Shown: positions 39,536 to 51,200, counted from the first letter of the stretch. The stretch: 64,000 nt of DNA from Tepidiphilus sp. J10 (GCA_945897865.1 CAMDHJ010000002.1:1900-65899); one strand, 5' to 3'. Notes: generated by a model not told the origin, from the letters alone. Numbers and translations: made by a program.

Positions 39536-40880
39536 AGCCGCCCAGGCCCTCAACGCCGCCGCTGTCGGCGCCGACGTCAGCATCAACGCAGTCGTCAGCG
39601 ACTCGCGCAAACTCAGTCCGGGTTGTCTGTTCGTGGCCTTGAAAGGGCCGCGCTATGACGGCCACAGCTTCGCCGCCAAGGCGCTGGAACAAGGCGCCGC
39701 TGCGGTCATGGTGGCGGCAAGCGCGCAGATGGCGATCAGCCCGGCCCTGATGGTGGATGACACGTTGCAAGCCCTCGGAAAACTGGCTGCCTGGCATCGC
39801 AGCCGAATGCCGGCCAGGATCGCCGCAATCACCGGCAGCAACGGAAAGACCACAGTGAAGGAAATGCTGGCAGCGATCCTCGCCATCGAAGTCGGTGCGG
39901 CCAGCGTGCTGGCTACCGAAGGCAATCTCAACAACGACATCGGCATGCCGTTGACGCTGTTGAAATTGAGCCCGGAACACCGCTACGCGGCGATCGAAAT
40001 GGGCATGAACCATCCCGGCGAAATCAACTATCTGACCCGGATTGCACGGCCGGATGTGGCACTGGTCAACAACGCGTTGCGCGCCCATCTCGAAGGCTTG
40101 GGCACGATCCAGGCGGTGGCGCACGCCAAAGGCGAGATCTACGCCGGACTGAAAGACGACGGCATTGCCATCATCAATATCGATGATCCGCATGCCGATC
40201 TCTGGCTCAGCCTCGCCATTCGCCACAAGGTATTGAGCTTCGGCTTTGCCGAACATGCCGATGTGCGCATCGTTGCAACCAGCCAGACAGACCTGCAAAC
40301 ACCGCTCGTGCTGGAAACCCCGGCAGGCCGCATCGAAACCACGCTGCAGGTGCCCGGCCAGCACAACTTGCGCAATGCCGCCGCCGCCGCCAGTCTGGCA
40401 CTGGCGCTCGGCATTCCGGCCAAATCGATCGCCGAGGGCCTGGCCAACTACAGCGGCGTCAAGGGGCGCCTGCAAACGCATGCCTGCATTCTCGGTGCCA
40501 CCTTGATCGACGATACCTACAACGCCAACCCCGACTCCGTGCTGGCGGCCATCCAGGTGCTGGCGGCGCGGCCGGGGACGCGCATTCTGGTGCTGGGCGA
40601 CATGGGCGAACTCGGTCCCAACGCCGCTGAATTGCATCGCGAAGTCGGCCAGAAAGCACGCACCGCCGGCATCGACCGCCTGCTTTGTCTTGGCGAGATG
40701 TCAATCAATGCAGTCGAAGCCTTTGGTAACAACGCAATGCATTTCGAGCGCATCGAAGAATTGCTGGCTGAAATCGAATGCGCTCTCGGGCCTGATGTCT
40801 CGGTGCTGGTCAAGGGATCGCGCTTCATGAAGATGGAACGGGTCGTCAGATCCTTCACGGAGGACAACACATGCTCCTGA
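39522..40880 (+). CDS. murF: UDP-N-acetylmuramoyl-tripeptide--D-alanyl-D-alanine ligase
   Basis: P-loop [12 protein letters not shown]. Position and length are typical. Confidence 0.95.
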   Translation: MRLHEAAQALNAAAVGADVSINAVVSDSRKLSPGCLFVALKGPRYDGHSFAAKALEQGAAAVMVAASAQMAISPALMVDDTLQALGKLAAWHRSRMPARIAAITGSNGKTTVKEMLAAILAIEVGAASVLATEGNLNNDIGMPLTLLKLSPEHRYAAIEMGMNHPGEINYLTRIARPDVALVNNALRAHLEGLGTIQAVAHAKGEIYAGLKDDGIAIINIDDPHADLWLSLAIRHKVLSFGFAEHADVRIVATSQTDLQTPLVLETPAGRIETTLQVPGQHNLRNAAAAASLALALGIPAKSIAEGLANYSGVKGRLQTHACILGATLIDDTYNANPDSVLAAIQVLAARPGTRILVLGDMGELGPNAAELHREVGQKARTAGIDRLLCLGEMSINAVEAFGNNAMHFERIEELLAEIECALGPDVSVLVKGSRFMKMERVVRSFTEDNTCS

Positions 40881-41956
40881 TGCTCGCCCAGTGGCTCGGC
40901 CACGACATCCGCGCCTTCAACGTGTTCCAGTACATCACGCTGCGTGGCGTGCTGGCGGCGCTGACCGCGCTGTTGATCTCGTTCATCCTCGGCCCGGCAA
41001 TGATCCGCAAGTTGACCGAGCTGAAAGTTGGTCAACCGGTACGCGACGACGGTCCGCAAACCCATCTGGTCAAGGCCGGCACGCCAACCATGGGCGGCGC
41101 GCTGATCCTCGCGTCGATCATCCTGACCACGTTGTTGTGGGCTGACCTGACCAATCACTACGTCTGGATCGCGCTGCTGACGCTGGTTGGTTTCGGCGCC
41201 ATCGGCTGGGTCGATGACTGGCGTAAGGTGGTGGAGAAAAATCCGCGCGGCCTGGCTTCACGCTGGAAGTATTTCTGGCAATCGGTGATCGCCGCCGGCA
41301 TCGCTGCCTGGCTGGCCTGGTCGGCGCACCTGCCGGCGCAGACCGAGCTGATCGTGCCGTTCTTCAAACATATCGTGATGCCGCTCGGCGCCGTCGGCTT
41401 CGTCGTGCTGGCCTACTTCGTCATTGTCGGCACCAGCAACGCGGTCAACCTGACCGACGGCGCCGATGGCCTCGCTATCCTGCCCACCGTGATGGTCTCC
41501 GGCGCGTTGGCCATCTTCGCCTACGTCGCCGGCCACGCAGTGTTCTCCAAATACCTTGGCCTGCCGCACATTCCCGGCGCCGGTGAACTGGTGGTGTTTT
41601 GCACCGCAATGGTCGGCGCCGGTCTGGCCTTTCTCTGGTTCAACGCCTATCCGGCGGAAGTCTTCATGGGCGACGTCGGCGCGCTGGCGCTGGGCGCCGC
41701 GCTCGGCGTGGTGGCGGTGATCGTGCGGCAAGAAATCGTGCTGTTCATCATGGGCGGCGTCTTCGTCGCCGAAGCCATCTCGGTGATGGTGCAGGTGGGA
41801 TCGTTCAAATTGCGCGGCAAACGCGTCTTCCTGATGGCGCCTATCCACCACCACTTCGAGAAAAAAGGCTGGAAGGAAACCCAGGTTGTTGTCCGCTTCT
41901 GGATCATCTCGATGATTCTGGTGTTGATCGGTCTGGCTTCGTTGAAGCTGCGTTAA
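40871..41956 (+). CDS. mraY: phospho-N-acetylmuramoyl-pentapeptide transferase
   Basis: It has 10 TM segments and the motifs Kx[20 protein letters not shown] and PIHHHFE. Confidence 0.95.
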   Translation: MLLMLAQWLGHDIRAFNVFQYITLRGVLAALTALLISFILGPAMIRKLTELKVGQPVRDDGPQTHLVKAGTPTMGGALILASIILTTLLWADLTNHYVWIALLTLVGFGAIGWVDDWRKVVEKNPRGLASRWKYFWQSVIAAGIAAWLAWSAHLPAQTELIVPFFKHIVMPLGAVGFVVLAYFVIVGTSNAVNLTDGADGLAILPTVMVSGALAIFAYVAGHAVFSKYLGLPHIPGAGELVVFCTAMVGAGLAFLWFNAYPAEVFMGDVGALALGAALGVVAVIVRQEIVLFIMGGVFVAEAISVMVQVGSFKLRGKRVFLMAPIHHHFEKKGWKETQVVVRFWIISMILVLIGLASLKLR

Positions 41957-41973
41957 GGTTGAGGTAAGCAAAC

Positions 41974-43476
41974 GTGAATACGCAGGCATCAAGTTTCTCC
42001 AACGTCAAAGCCCTGGTCATCGGCCTCGGCGATACCGGCGCGTCCTGCGTGCGCTGGCTGCTGGAACACGACGCCAACGTGCGCGCCACCGACAGCCGCG
42101 ACGAACCGCCGCATGCGCAGCATCTGCGTGAAGCCTTCCCGGAAGTGAAGCTGAGCCTGGGCGGTTTCCAGAGCGCCGATATTGACTGGGCCGACATGGT
42201 CGTAGTCAGTCCCGGCGTCGCGCTGGCGACGCCGGAAATCCAGCGTGCAATCGCGGCCGGAAAGGATGTAGTAGGCGATGTAGAACTGTTCGCCCGCGCA
42301 ATCCGCGATACAAAAACCAAGGTCATCGCGATCACCGGCTCGAATGGCAAGAGCACGGTGACCAGCCTGGTCGGCCATCTGTGTTCAGCCGTCGGCCTTG
42401 ATACCGTAGTTGCCGGCAACATCGGACTGCCGGTGCTGGAAGCGCTCGATAACCGGGAAACGCTGAACAAGGATCCCGATGTCTGGGTGCTTGAACTCTC
42501 CAGTTTTCAACTCGAAACCACGTCCAGCCTGCATCCCGACGCGGCGACGGTGTTGAACATTTCTCAAGATCACATGGATCGTTATATGAGTCTGGACGAT
42601 TACGCGACCGCCAAAACGCGTGTCTTTGCCGGCAACGGCGTGCAGGTGTTGAACCTCGACGATGCGGCGGTGATGGCGATGGCCTTGCCTGGCCGCACCA
42701 TTTCGACCTTCAGCATCGGGATGAGCCAACAGCCTTCGCATTTCACGTTTCACCCTTCACCCGTTTCTTACGGTCTTACCCAGCGCAAGGAACGACTCTG
42801 GCTGGCGGAAGACGAGGAAGCGCTGTTGCCAGTCGACAAGCTGCCCATCGCAGGTCTGCACAATGCCGCCAACGCGCTTGCCGCGCTGGCGCTGTGCCGC
42901 GCCATCGGCTTGCCGTATGACGGCCTGGTGCCGTCGTTGAAGACCTTCCAGGGGCTGCCGCATCGGGTCCAGCACGTCATGGAAATCGACGGACGCACCT
43001 TCTATGACGACTCGAAAGGTACCAATGTCGGCGCTACTGCCGCGGCCTTGCTCGGCTTTACCGTACCCGTTGTGTTGATCGCCGGCGGCGACGGCAAAGG
43101 GCAGGATTTCTCGCCCTTGCGCGAAGCAGTGAAGAACGCCCGTGCCGTTGTGCAGATCGGCCGTGATGGTCCACTGATTTCAGCTTCCGTTGGCGAAGCA
43201 TGCCCGGTGCATCGCGCCGAAAGCATGCATGACGCCGTGCAACAAGCCTTCGCCCTGTCGCAACCCGGCGATGCCATTTTGCTGTCGCCGGCTTGCGCAA
43301 GTTGGGACATGTTTCGGAATTATGCGCATCGGGCCGAGGTGTTCATTACCGCGGTCAAAGATCTGGCCTGCCAGCACGACCAATGCCGGCGAATGAGCGA
43401 ACGCCGTCGGCAAAAACAGGCGATCGCCGTGGAACGGCGCACGCGACAACGCAGAGGTTGCCGCGATGTTTCATAA
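41974..43476 (+). CDS. murD: UDP-N-acetylmuramoylalanine--D-glutamate ligase
   Basis: P-loop ITGSNGKSTV and a GTG start. It carries a roughly 35-aa Arg-rich C-terminal extension running into the ftsW start. Confidence 0.9.
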   Translation: MNTQASSFSNVKALVIGLGDTGASCVRWLLEHDANVRATDSRDEPPHAQHLREAFPEVKLSLGGFQSADIDWADMVVVSPGVALATPEIQRAIAAGKDVVGDVELFARAIRDTKTKVIAITGSNGKSTVTSLVGHLCSAVGLDTVVAGNIGLPVLEALDNRETLNKDPDVWVLELSSFQLETTSSLHPDAATVLNISQDHMDRYMSLDDYATAKTRVFAGNGVQVLNLDDAAVMAMALPGRTISTFSIGMSQQPSHFTFHPSPVSYGLTQRKERLWLAEDEEALLPVDKLPIAGLHNAANALAALALCRAIGLPYDGLVPSLKTFQGLPHRVQHVMEIDGRTFYDDSKGTNVGATAAALLGFTVPVVLIAGGDGKGQDFSPLREAVKNARAVVQIGRDGPLISASVGEACPVHRAESMHDAVQQAFALSQPGDAILLSPACASWDMFRNYAHRAEVFITAVKDLACQHDQCRRMSERRRQKQAIAVERRTRQRRGCRDVS

Positions 43477-44668
43477 CGCCGCCCTCAAGCGCACCGCCCT
43501 GACCCCGTATGACTGGGGCCTGGTGTTCGCTTCGCTGGCTTTGCTGATGATCGGCCTGGTGATGGTTTATTCCGCCTCGGTACCGACGGCGGAAGCGAAA
43601 TCCGCAGCCAACCAATCGGCGTTCTATCTGATCCGCCATACGATGTATCTGACCATCGGGCTCGGCGCCGGTTATGCCGCGCTGCAGATTCCGATCGATA
43701 CCTGGCAAAAACTGTCGCCGATTCTGTTCATGCTTGGCGCCGCCGCACTGGTAGTTGTGCTGATTCCGTTTATAGGGCGCGAAGTGAACGGCAGCCGGCG
43801 CTGGATTCCACTTGGTCCGCTAGGCAATTTCCAGCCTTCTGAATTGATGAAATTCGCCACCATTCTGTATGCCGCCGACTACACCGTGCGCAAGGCAGCG
43901 CATATGCAGAGCCTGAAAAAAGGCTTCCTGCCGATGTTCCTGGTGATGTTGTTCCTTGGCGCCATGTTGCTGCTTGAGCCGGACTTCGGCGCCTTCGTGG
44001 TGATCGTGTTCATTGCCCTCGCCATCCTGTTCCTCGGCGGCCTGAATGCCCGTCTGTTTGTCGGCCTGATCGTGCTGCTGGCAATCGGCTTCGTGCTGCT
44101 GGTGGTGTTGTCACCCTATCGTCTGGCGCGCGTCACCAGTTATCTGAATCCCTGGTCTGATCCTTACGGCGCCGGCTATCAGCTATCACACGCGCTGATC
44201 GCCTTCGGCAGCGGCGAATTCACGGGTGTCGGCCTAGGCGACAGCGTTGAAAAACTGTTCTATCTGCCCGAGGCGTACACCGACTTCCTGCTCGCGGTGA
44301 CTGGCGAGGAACTCGGTTTGATCGGCGTGATGACGGTGATTGGTTTATTTGCCTGGCTGACCTGGCGCGCGTTCTCGATAGGTTGGCAAGCCGGCCTGAT
44401 GGGTCGTAACTACGCAGCCCTGGTGGCGCAAGGCATCGGTGTCTGGATGGGCGTGCAATCGTTCATCAACATGGGCGTCAACCTCGGCCTGCTGCCGACC
44501 AAAGGGCTGACCCTGCCGCTGATGAGTTACGGCGGCTCCGGCATCATCGCCAACTGTCTGGCGCTGGCAGTGTTGCTGCGGGTCGACTTCGAGAATCGCT
44601 GCATGATGAAGGGCAGCAACCTCGGCTCGCGCAGCGGACGTCTGGCCGGTGAGGGGAGGCGCATATGA
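43466..44668 (+). CDS. ftsW: SEDS-family peptidoglycan glycosyltransferase FtsW
   Basis: It has 10 TM segments and the motifs RRWIPLGPLGNFQPSELMKF and LPTKGLTLPLMSYGGS. An AGAGG RBS lies 9 nt upstream. Confidence 0.92.
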   Translation: MFHNAALKRTALTPYDWGLVFASLALLMIGLVMVYSASVPTAEAKSAANQSAFYLIRHTMYLTIGLGAGYAALQIPIDTWQKLSPILFMLGAAALVVVLIPFIGREVNGSRRWIPLGPLGNFQPSELMKFATILYAADYTVRKAAHMQSLKKGFLPMFLVMLFLGAMLLLEPDFGAFVVIVFIALAILFLGGLNARLFVGLIVLLAIGFVLLVVLSPYRLARVTSYLNPWSDPYGAGYQLSHALIAFGSGEFTGVGLGDSVEKLFYLPEAYTDFLLAVTGEELGLIGVMTVIGLFAWLTWRAFSIGWQAGLMGRNYAALVAQGIGVWMGVQSFINMGVNLGLLPTKGLTLPLMSYGGSGIIANCLALAVLLRVDFENRCMMKGSNLGSRSGRLAGEGRRI

Positions 44669-44724
44669 CGCAAGCACATGTGACACAAGCGCATGTGACA
44701 CAAACGCAGATGACGCCAACTCAT
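44665..44724 (+). repeat. 4 x 15-bp tandem repeat at the ftsW/murG junction
   Basis: The units are atgacgcaagcacat, gtgacacaagcgcat, gtgacacaaacgcag and atgacgccaactcat. They are in frame with murG and encode MTQAH-VTQAH-VTQTQ-MTPTH. Confidence 0.85.
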
Positions 44725-45822
44725 ATGAGCAGAACCCTGCTGGTCATGGCCGGCGGCACCGGAGGCCATGTGATGCCGGCGCTGGCAGTGGCGGAATCTT
44801 TGCGCAAGGAAGGCTGGCGTGTCGTCTGGTTGGGTACGCAGGCAGGTATGGAAGCGAAGCTGGCGGTGGAAAAGGGCTTCGAGATGGCCTGGGTGCGCGT
44901 TGCCGGTGTACGTGGCAAGAGTCTGCTCACCAAATTGTTGCTGCCAGCCAATCTACTCGCCGCTTTCTGGCAGGCGGCGCGGGCGATCTTCCGGATACGG
45001 CCGGATGTGGTGCTCGGTCTGGGCGGTTATGTCGCTTTTCCGGGCGGCATGATGGCCAGCCTGCTTGGCAAACCCCTGGTCATCCACGAGCAGAACGCCA
45101 TCGCCGGCCTGACCAATCGCCTGCTCGCCTGTCTGGCGGACCGTGTCCTGGTCGGCTGGCCGACCGCTTTCAAGAGCGGGAAGGATAAACCGCTGCCCTG
45201 CCGCGAAATCGACAGCGAGTGGGTCGGCAACCCGGTGCGGCCGGAGATCGCCGCCCTGCCCGACCCGGCCACCCGCTATGCGGAGCACACGGGTCCGCTG
45301 CGTCTGCTGGTGGTGGGCGGCAGCCTTGGTGCTACGGCACTGAACGAACTGATTCCCCAGGCCTTGGCGATGCTTGAACCGGCGCAACGTCCGCTCGTGC
45401 GGCACCAGTCTGGCGCAAAACACCTGGCCGCCCTGCAAGCGAACTACACCGCCGCCAATGTCGAGGCGGAGTGCCTGACCTTCATTACCGATATGGCGGC
45501 GGCGTATGACTGGTCCGATCTGGTGATCTGTCGTGCCGGCGCGTTGACCGTGGCCGAAGTTGCGGCGGCAGGTTGCGCCGCGTTGTTCGTGCCCTTCCCG
45601 TTCGCCGTGGACGACCATCAAAGCGCCAACGCCGCCTTTCTGGCCGATGCAGAAGCGGCCTGGCTGATACAGCAACGCGAGCTCGGCGTGGAAAGGCTGG
45701 CTGAGTGGCTGGCCGCGTTGACGCGTGAAATATTGCTCGACCGCGCCAGCAAGGCACGCGTCCGTGCAAAACCGCAAGCCACAGCGCGGGTCACACAAGT
45801 TGTAAAGGAACTCGTCCAATGA
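44665..45822 (+). CDS. murG: undecaprenyldiphospho-muramoylpentapeptide beta-N-acetylglucosaminyltransferase
   Basis: LLVMAGGTGGHVMPALAVA is the MurG N-terminal G-loop. The conserved protein begins near MSRTLLV (ATG at 44725). The ATG at 44665 (ATGA overlap with ftsW) would add the 20-aa repeat-encoded extension, so the start is unresolved. Confidence 0.9.
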   Translation: MTQAHVTQAHVTQTQMTPTHMSRTLLVMAGGTGGHVMPALAVAESLRKEGWRVVWLGTQAGMEAKLAVEKGFEMAWVRVAGVRGKSLLTKLLLPANLLAAFWQAARAIFRIRPDVVLGLGGYVAFPGGMMASLLGKPLVIHEQNAIAGLTNRLLACLADRVLVGWPTAFKSGKDKPLPCREIDSEWVGNPVRPEIAALPDPATRYAEHTGPLRLLVVGGSLGATALNELIPQALAMLEPAQRPLVRHQSGAKHLAALQANYTAANVEAECLTFITDMAAAYDWSDLVICRAGALTVAEVAAAGCAALFVPFPFAVDDHQSANAAFLADAEAAWLIQQRELGVERLAEWLAALTREILLDRASKARVRAKPQATARVTQVVKELVQ

Positions 45823-45897
45823 ACGCCCCCCACGCTCACTTTGTTCGCTGCCCCCAAGGGGGAGCAATGCCCGTCTTGGGGCGGCCCGGAGACAGGC

Positions 45898-47304
45898 ATG
45901 AAACATAAAGTCCGCCGCATTCACTTCGTCGGCATCGGCGGCGCCGGCATGAGCGGCATTGCCGAAGTGCTGCTCAATCTGGGCTATCAGGTGTCCGGCA
46001 GCGATGGCGCCAGCAACGCCGTCACCCAACGGCTGGCCAACATGGGCGCGACCGTGTTCCAGGGGCATGCCAAAGAAAATGTAGCCGACGCCGACGTGCT
46101 GGTGATTTCCAGCGCCATCAAGGATGACAACCCGGAAGTCGTCGCGGCGCGGGAAAGCCATATTCCAGTCGTGGCGCGGGCGATGATGCTGGCCGAGTTG
46201 ATGCGCTTCAAACAGGGCATCGCCATCGCCGGCACGCATGGCAAGACCACCACCACCAGCCTGATTGCCAGCGTGCTGAACGAAGCCGGCATGGACCCGA
46301 CCTTCGTCATCGGCGGCAAGTTGCTCGCCGCCGGCGCCAATGCCCGCCTGGGCAGCGGGGAATGGCTGGTTGCGGAAGCGGACGAATCCGACGCCTCCTT
46401 CCTGCTTCTGTCGCCGGTGTTGTCGATCGTCACCAACATCGACGCCGACCACATGGAAACCTACGGCCACGACTTCGAGAAACTGAAGTCGGCGTTCATC
46501 GAATTCCTGCATCGGTTGCCGTTCTGGGGCATGGCCGTGGTCTGCGCTGATGACGCCAACGTGCGCGGCCTGCTGCCACGCATCACCAAACCGGTGATGA
46601 CCTACGGCACGACCGACGATTGCACGATCCAGGCGGTGAACATCCGTGCCGAGGATGGCTGCATGCAGTTCACCGCGTTGCGCAACGGCACCCGCTCACC
46701 GATCGACATTACGCTGAATCTGCCCGGCATACATAACGTACTGAACGCGTTGGCCGCGATCGCAGTGGCGTGGGAACTACAAGTGCCGGATGCTGCCGTG
46801 CAGAAGGCACTGGCCGGATTCAGCGGCGTCGGTCGTCGATTCCAGCGTTATGGCGAGATCACGCTGGCACAAGGAAGAACCTTCACCCTGATCGATGACT
46901 ACGGCCACCACCCAGTGGAAATGCGCGCCACACTCAACGCCGCGCGCGGCGCCTTCCCCGGCCGCCGGCTGGTTCTCGCCTTCCAGCCGCATCGCTACAC
47001 CCGCACCCGCGATCTGTTCGAGGATTTCGTACAGGTGTTGTCGCTGGCTGATGCGGTGCTGCTGACCGAAGTCTATGCCGCCAGCGAACAACCCATCGTC
47101 GCCGCCGACGGCCGCAGCCTGGCCCGCGCAGTGCGAGTCGCCGGCAAGGTGGAGCCGGTGTTCATCGCCGACATCAACGAACTGCCCGCCGCGCTGGCCG
47201 ATTTCATTCAAGACGGCGATGTCGTGCTGTGCATGGGTGCCGGCTCGATCGGCCAGACGCCGGCCCGATTGGCCAGCCTGCATGTGGACGGGACCACCGC
47301 ATGA
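45898..47304 (+). CDS. murC: UDP-N-acetylmuramate--L-alanine ligase
   Basis: [18 protein letters not shown] and P-loop [12 protein letters not shown]. The start is taken at [10 protein letters not shown]. Confidence 0.95.
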   Translation: MKHKVRRIHFVGIGGAGMSGIAEVLLNLGYQVSGSDGASNAVTQRLANMGATVFQGHAKENVADADVLVISSAIKDDNPEVVAARESHIPVVARAMMLAELMRFKQGIAIAGTHGKTTTTSLIASVLNEAGMDPTFVIGGKLLAAGANARLGSGEWLVAEADESDASFLLLSPVLSIVTNIDADHMETYGHDFEKLKSAFIEFLHRLPFWGMAVVCADDANVRGLLPRITKPVMTYGTTDDCTIQAVNIRAEDGCMQFTALRNGTRSPIDITLNLPGIHNVLNALAAIAVAWELQVPDAAVQKALAGFSGVGRRFQRYGEITLAQGRTFTLIDDYGHHPVEMRATLNAARGAFPGRRLVLAFQPHRYTRTRDLFEDFVQVLSLADAVLLTEVYAASEQPIVAADGRSLARAVRVAGKVEPVFIADINELPAALADFIQDGDVVLCMGAGSIGQTPARLASLHVDGTTA

Positions 47305-48281
47305 TCGTGGCCGAATACAACAACCCCCCGCTGAAAGTGCCCGGCACCCAGGGCGAGTTGCTGCTCAACGCCGCCATGAGCGGTTACACCAGCTGGCGTG
47401 CCGGCGGCAAAGCGGATCGGCTATACACACCGGCCAATCTGGCCGATCTGGGCGCTTTCCTGAAAACGTTGGAACGCGATGAACCGGTGTACTTCATCGG
47501 CCTCGGCAGCAACCTGCTGGTGCGCGATGCCGGCCTGCGCGGCACGGTGATTCATCTGCATGGCGCACTGCGCAGGATCGATCTTGAACAGCGACGTACC
47601 AATGGCAGCGATGCGGCCAGCCCCTACGGCGTGATCTTCGCCGAAGCCGGCGTCAGCAGCCCCAAGGTGGCCCGCTTCGCCGCAACCCACGATCTGGTCG
47701 GTGCCGAATTTCTCGCCGGCATTCCCGGCACGGTCGGCGGCGCGCTGGCAATGAACGCAGGCTGTTACGGCCATGAGACCTGGGAATTCGTCAATCAGGT
47801 ACTGACCATCAACCGCTGCGGCGAGGTGAATCGGCGTTCGCCGAAGGAGTACCGCGTCAGCTATCGCCATGTCGAGCCGGATGCAGCACTCGACGAAAAA
47901 CTGACCAACACCTGCAATGAATGGTTTGTCGGCGCCTGGTTCATGTTCCCGCGCGGCGACGGCACGCAAGCGCGGCTGGAAATCAAGCAGTTGCTGGAAA
48001 AGCGGATTGCCAGCCAGCCGCTCAACCTGCCCAACGCCGGTTCAGTATTCCGCAATCCGGCTGGCGACTTTGCCGCGCGTCTGATCGAGGCCTGCGGCAT
48101 GAAAGGCGAAAAACTGGGTAACGCTCAGGTTTCGCCCAAGCATGCCAACTTCATCGTCAATCTGGGTGGAGCCACCGCCAGTGACATCGAATGCCTGATC
48201 GACAAGGTTGAGGCACGGGTGGAAGAAAAATTCGGCATCAAGCTGCAACGTGAAATCCGCATCCTGGGGGACAAATCATGA
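47301..48281 (+). CDS. murB: UDP-N-acetylenolpyruvoylglucosamine reductase
   Basis: FAD-binding [10 protein letters not shown] and C-terminal NAGSVFRNP. The ATG at 47301 overlaps the murC stop. Confidence 0.9.
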   Translation: MIVAEYNNPPLKVPGTQGELLLNAAMSGYTSWRAGGKADRLYTPANLADLGAFLKTLERDEPVYFIGLGSNLLVRDAGLRGTVIHLHGALRRIDLEQRRTNGSDAASPYGVIFAEAGVSSPKVARFAATHDLVGAEFLAGIPGTVGGALAMNAGCYGHETWEFVNQVLTINRCGEVNRRSPKEYRVSYRHVEPDAALDEKLTNTCNEWFVGAWFMFPRGDGTQARLEIKQLLEKRIASQPLNLPNAGSVFRNPAGDFAARLIEACGMKGEKLGNAQVSPKHANFIVNLGGATASDIECLIDKVEARVEEKFGIKLQREIRILGDKS

Positions 48282-49219
48282 ACGCTCCGGTCGCGGCACA
48301 CGAATTCGGCAAGGTTGCCGTGATGTACGGCGGCAACTCGGCCGAACGCGCAGTTTCCCTCAACAGCGGCTCGGCAGTGCTGGCCGCCTTGCAAAGCCGG
48401 GGCGTCGATGCGCATGCTTTCGACCCGTCCGAACGGCCGCTGGCCGAGTTGAAGAGCGAAGGTTTCAGCCGCGTATTCATCGCCCTGCACGGTCGCGGCG
48501 GCGAAGATGGCACGCTGCAGGGTGCGTTGACCCTGATGAACCTGCCGTTCACAGGTAGCGGCGTGCTGGCCTCGGCGCTGGCAATGGACAAGTGGCGCAG
48601 CAAACTGGTCTGGCAAGCCTGCGGCCTGCCGATTCCAGACTATGCCGTACTGACTGCCGAAACCGATTTCGCGGCGGTGGCTGAACAGCTCGGTTTACCG
48701 CTGTTCGTCAAACCGGCGCGCGAGGGTTCCAGCATCGGCATCGTCAAGGTGAAAACGGCGGCCGAACTGCCGGCGGCGTATCAGGAAGCCGCCCAACACG
48801 ACAGCCTGGTACTTGCGGAACGCGGCATGAGCGGCGGTGAATTCACCGTCGCCATCCTGGGAAGCGATACCGACGCACGCGCCCTGCCTTCGATCCGCAT
48901 CGTGCCGACGACTGAGTTCTACGACTATGAAGCCAAATATTTCCGCGACGACACCCGCTATCTGTGCCCGAGTGGTTTGAGCGATGCCGCCGAAGCGCAG
49001 ATGCGGCAACTCGCCGTGCAGGGTTATCAGGCACTGGGCTGTCGTGGCTGGGCGCGTATCGATTTCCTGCTCGATAACGCCGGCCTGCCCTATCTGCTCG
49101 AAGCCAATACCGCACCCGGCATGACCAGCCACAGCCTGGCGCCGATGGCGGCGCGGGTTGACGGACTGGAATTCGCCGATTTGTGCCTGCGGATTCTTTC
49201 CATGTGCGAGGTGGGCTGA
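48278..49219 (+). CDS. ddl: D-alanine--D-alanine ligase
   Basis: ATP-grasp motifs [29 protein letters not shown] and NTAPGMT. Confidence 0.95.
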   Translation: MNAPVAAHEFGKVAVMYGGNSAERAVSLNSGSAVLAALQSRGVDAHAFDPSERPLAELKSEGFSRVFIALHGRGGEDGTLQGALTLMNLPFTGSGVLASALAMDKWRSKLVWQACGLPIPDYAVLTAETDFAAVAEQLGLPLFVKPAREGSSIGIVKVKTAAELPAAYQEAAQHDSLVLAERGMSGGEFTVAILGSDTDARALPSIRIVPTTEFYDYEAKYFRDDTRYLCPSGLSDAAEAQMRQLAVQGYQALGCRGWARIDFLLDNAGLPYLLEANTAPGMTSHSLAPMAARVDGLEFADLCLRILSMCEVG

Positions 49220-49221
49220 AC

Positions 49222-49950
49222 ATGTGGAATAACCCGGACGCTCTCAACCGCCTCAGTAGCCTGATTATTCTGGCCACGCTGCTGTTCGCAGTCTGGATCG
49301 GCGGCCGTGCGTTGCTGGAAGCGGCTTTCCCATTCCGCCAGATCAATGTGCTCGGCGCCAACCATGCTGACACGCGGTTCGAAGCAAGAAAACTGACGGA
49401 CAAGCTCAGCGGCGGATTTTTCTCGATGAATCTGCACCGGGTGCATGCCGATTTCGAAAAACTGCCCTGGGTGCGGCAAGCTCAGATTCGCCGTCTTTGG
49501 CCGGGTCGGCTGGTCATCGAGCTGACCGAACATCAGGCTGCGGCGGCCTGGAACGACCGCGCCACACTGAACACGCATGGTGACATTTTCCCGGTCCTGC
49601 CCTGGACCGGTCTGCCGCGCATCTACGCGCCGGAAGGCATGCAGCATGAACTGGCGCGCCGCTATGGCGAATTCGCCGAGTTGGTGCGGCCGATTGATGC
49701 GCAGGTCGAACAGATCGTGGTCAGTGCGCGGCTGTCCTGGCGGATACGCCTGACGGGCGGCATCAGCATCGAGCTTGGGCGCGATAAATTAAACGAACGG
49801 CTGGCCCGGTTCGCCCTGTTCTATCCCCAGGCGCTGGCTGCGGTCGGACCAATACAACGTGTCGATATGCGGTATCCAAACGGGTTCGCAGGCGAACCGC
49901 AGCATCCCATCCCACGAAAACCAGACCCCAGGCAAACCCCTTCGGCATGA
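49222..49950 (+). CDS. ftsQ: cell division protein FtsQ
   Basis: N-terminal TM helix LSSLIILATLLFAVWI plus POTRA-like sequence, lying between ddl and ftsA. Confidence 0.85.
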   Translation: MWNNPDALNRLSSLIILATLLFAVWIGGRALLEAAFPFRQINVLGANHADTRFEARKLTDKLSGGFFSMNLHRVHADFEKLPWVRQAQIRRLWPGRLVIELTEHQAAAAWNDRATLNTHGDIFPVLPWTGLPRIYAPEGMQHELARRYGEFAELVRPIDAQVEQIVVSARLSWRIRLTGGISIELGRDKLNERLARFALFYPQALAAVGPIQRVDMRYPNGFAGEPQHPIPRKPDPRQTPSA

Positions 49951-49956
49951 AACCAG

Positions 49957-51195
49957 ATGAAAAAAATGACTGAAAGCAAAGACCTGATCGTCGGCCTCGA
50001 TATCGGCACCTCGAAAATCGTCGCCCTGGTGGCGGAGCCGATGCCCGAAGGTGGCATCAACATCATCGGAATGGGGCAAGCGCCATCGCGCGGCCTCAAG
50101 AAAGGTGTCGTGGTGAACATCGAAGCCACCGTGTCGGCGATCCAGCGCGCGCTGGAGGAAGCCGAGCTGATGGCCAACTGCAAGATCACCCAGGTTTATA
50201 CCGGTATTGCCGGCAGCCACATCAAGGCACAGAACTCCAGCGGCATGCTGCCGATTCGAGATCGCGAGGTATCGCAAGCCGATGTCGATCAGGTCATCGG
50301 CATCGCCCGCGCGCTCAACATTCCAGCCGATCAGCAAGTGCTGCATGTGTTGCCGCAGGAATTCATCATCGACGGCCAGGACGGCGTGCGCGAGCCGCTC
50401 GGCATGTCCGGCGTGCGTCTGGAAGTGAAGGTCCACATCGTCACCGGCGCGGTGTCGGCGGCGCAAAACATCGTCAAATGCGTCCGCCGCTGCGGCCTGG
50501 AAGTGCGCGATCTGGTCCTGCAACCGCTGGCTTCCAGCTACTCGGTGTTGAACGACGACGAAAAGGATCTTGGCGTCTGCATCGTCGATATCGGCGGCGG
50601 CACCACCGACATCGCAGTGTTCACACGCGGTGCCATCCAGCATGTGGCGGTGATTCCGATCGCGGGAGACCAGATCACCAACGACATCGCGCAGACCCTG
50701 CGCACACCAACGCGCGAAGCCGAGGATCTGAAGATTCAACATGGCATCGCACTGCGCCAGTTAGCGGATCCCAAGGAAATGATCGAGGTGCCGGGCATCG
50801 GCGAACGCGGTCCGCGCATGCTCTCCAAACAATTGCTGTCGGAAGTCATCGAACCGCGCGTCGAAGAGTTGTACAGCCTGGTGCAGGCGGAATTGCGGCG
50901 CAGCGGTTTCGAAGAGCAGATTTCCTCCGGCCTGGTGCTGACCGGCGGTTCCAGCCTGATGCACGGCATGGTGGAACTGGCCGAGGAAGTCTTCCACATG
51001 CCGGTGCGCATTGGCCTGCCGGAGTATGTCGGCGGCTTTTCCGAGCGGGTGCGCAATCCGCGCTTCGCAACCAGTGTTGGCCTGCTGCTGGCTGGCCTGG
51101 AAAAACATGAAATCGATCAGGCTGCGCGCATTCAGGGCGCCAGCTTCAGCCAGATCCTGGAACGGATGAAGGCATGGTTCAAACAGAATTTTTAA
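49957..51195 (+). CDS. ftsA: cell division protein FtsA
   Basis: Actin-fold phosphate loops LIVGLDIGTSKI and IVDIGGGTTDIAVF, with a C-terminal amphipathic helix. Confidence 0.95.
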   Translation: MKKMTESKDLIVGLDIGTSKIVALVAEPMPEGGINIIGMGQAPSRGLKKGVVVNIEATVSAIQRALEEAELMANCKITQVYTGIAGSHIKAQNSSGMLPIRDREVSQADVDQVIGIARALNIPADQQVLHVLPQEFIIDGQDGVREPLGMSGVRLEVKVHIVTGAVSAAQNIVKCVRRCGLEVRDLVLQPLASSYSVLNDDEKDLGVCIVDIGGGTTDIAVFTRGAIQHVAVIPIAGDQITNDIAQTLRTPTREAEDLKIQHGIALRQLADPKEMIEVPGIGERGPRMLSKQLLSEVIEPRVEELYSLVQAELRRSGFEEQISSGLVLTGGSSLMHGMVELAEEVFHMPVRIGLPEYVGGFSERVRNPRFATSVGLLLAGLEKHEIDQAARIQGASFSQILERMKAWFKQNF

Positions 51196-51200
51196 CGTCA

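Noticed and set aside
43370-43476. A roughly 35-aa Arg-rich C-terminal extension of MurD, considered as a possible extra domain or hidden gene.
   Set aside because: The conserved MurD sequence ends near ...RAEVFITAVKDLA. The tail is most simply read-through of what would otherwise be the murD-ftsW spacer until the first stop. ftsW cannot start earlier because an in-frame stop lies at 43394-43396.
44953-46512. 519-aa ORF on the minus strand opposite murG-murC. Similar long antisense ORFs occur at 39501-40637, 38408-39451, 28267-29235, 49789-50742 and 54503-55615.
   Set aside because: Each lies antisense to a gene with unmistakable conserved motifs. Their translations are Arg/Gly/His/Gln-rich with no motifs, as expected for stop-poor antisense frames in GC-rich DNA.
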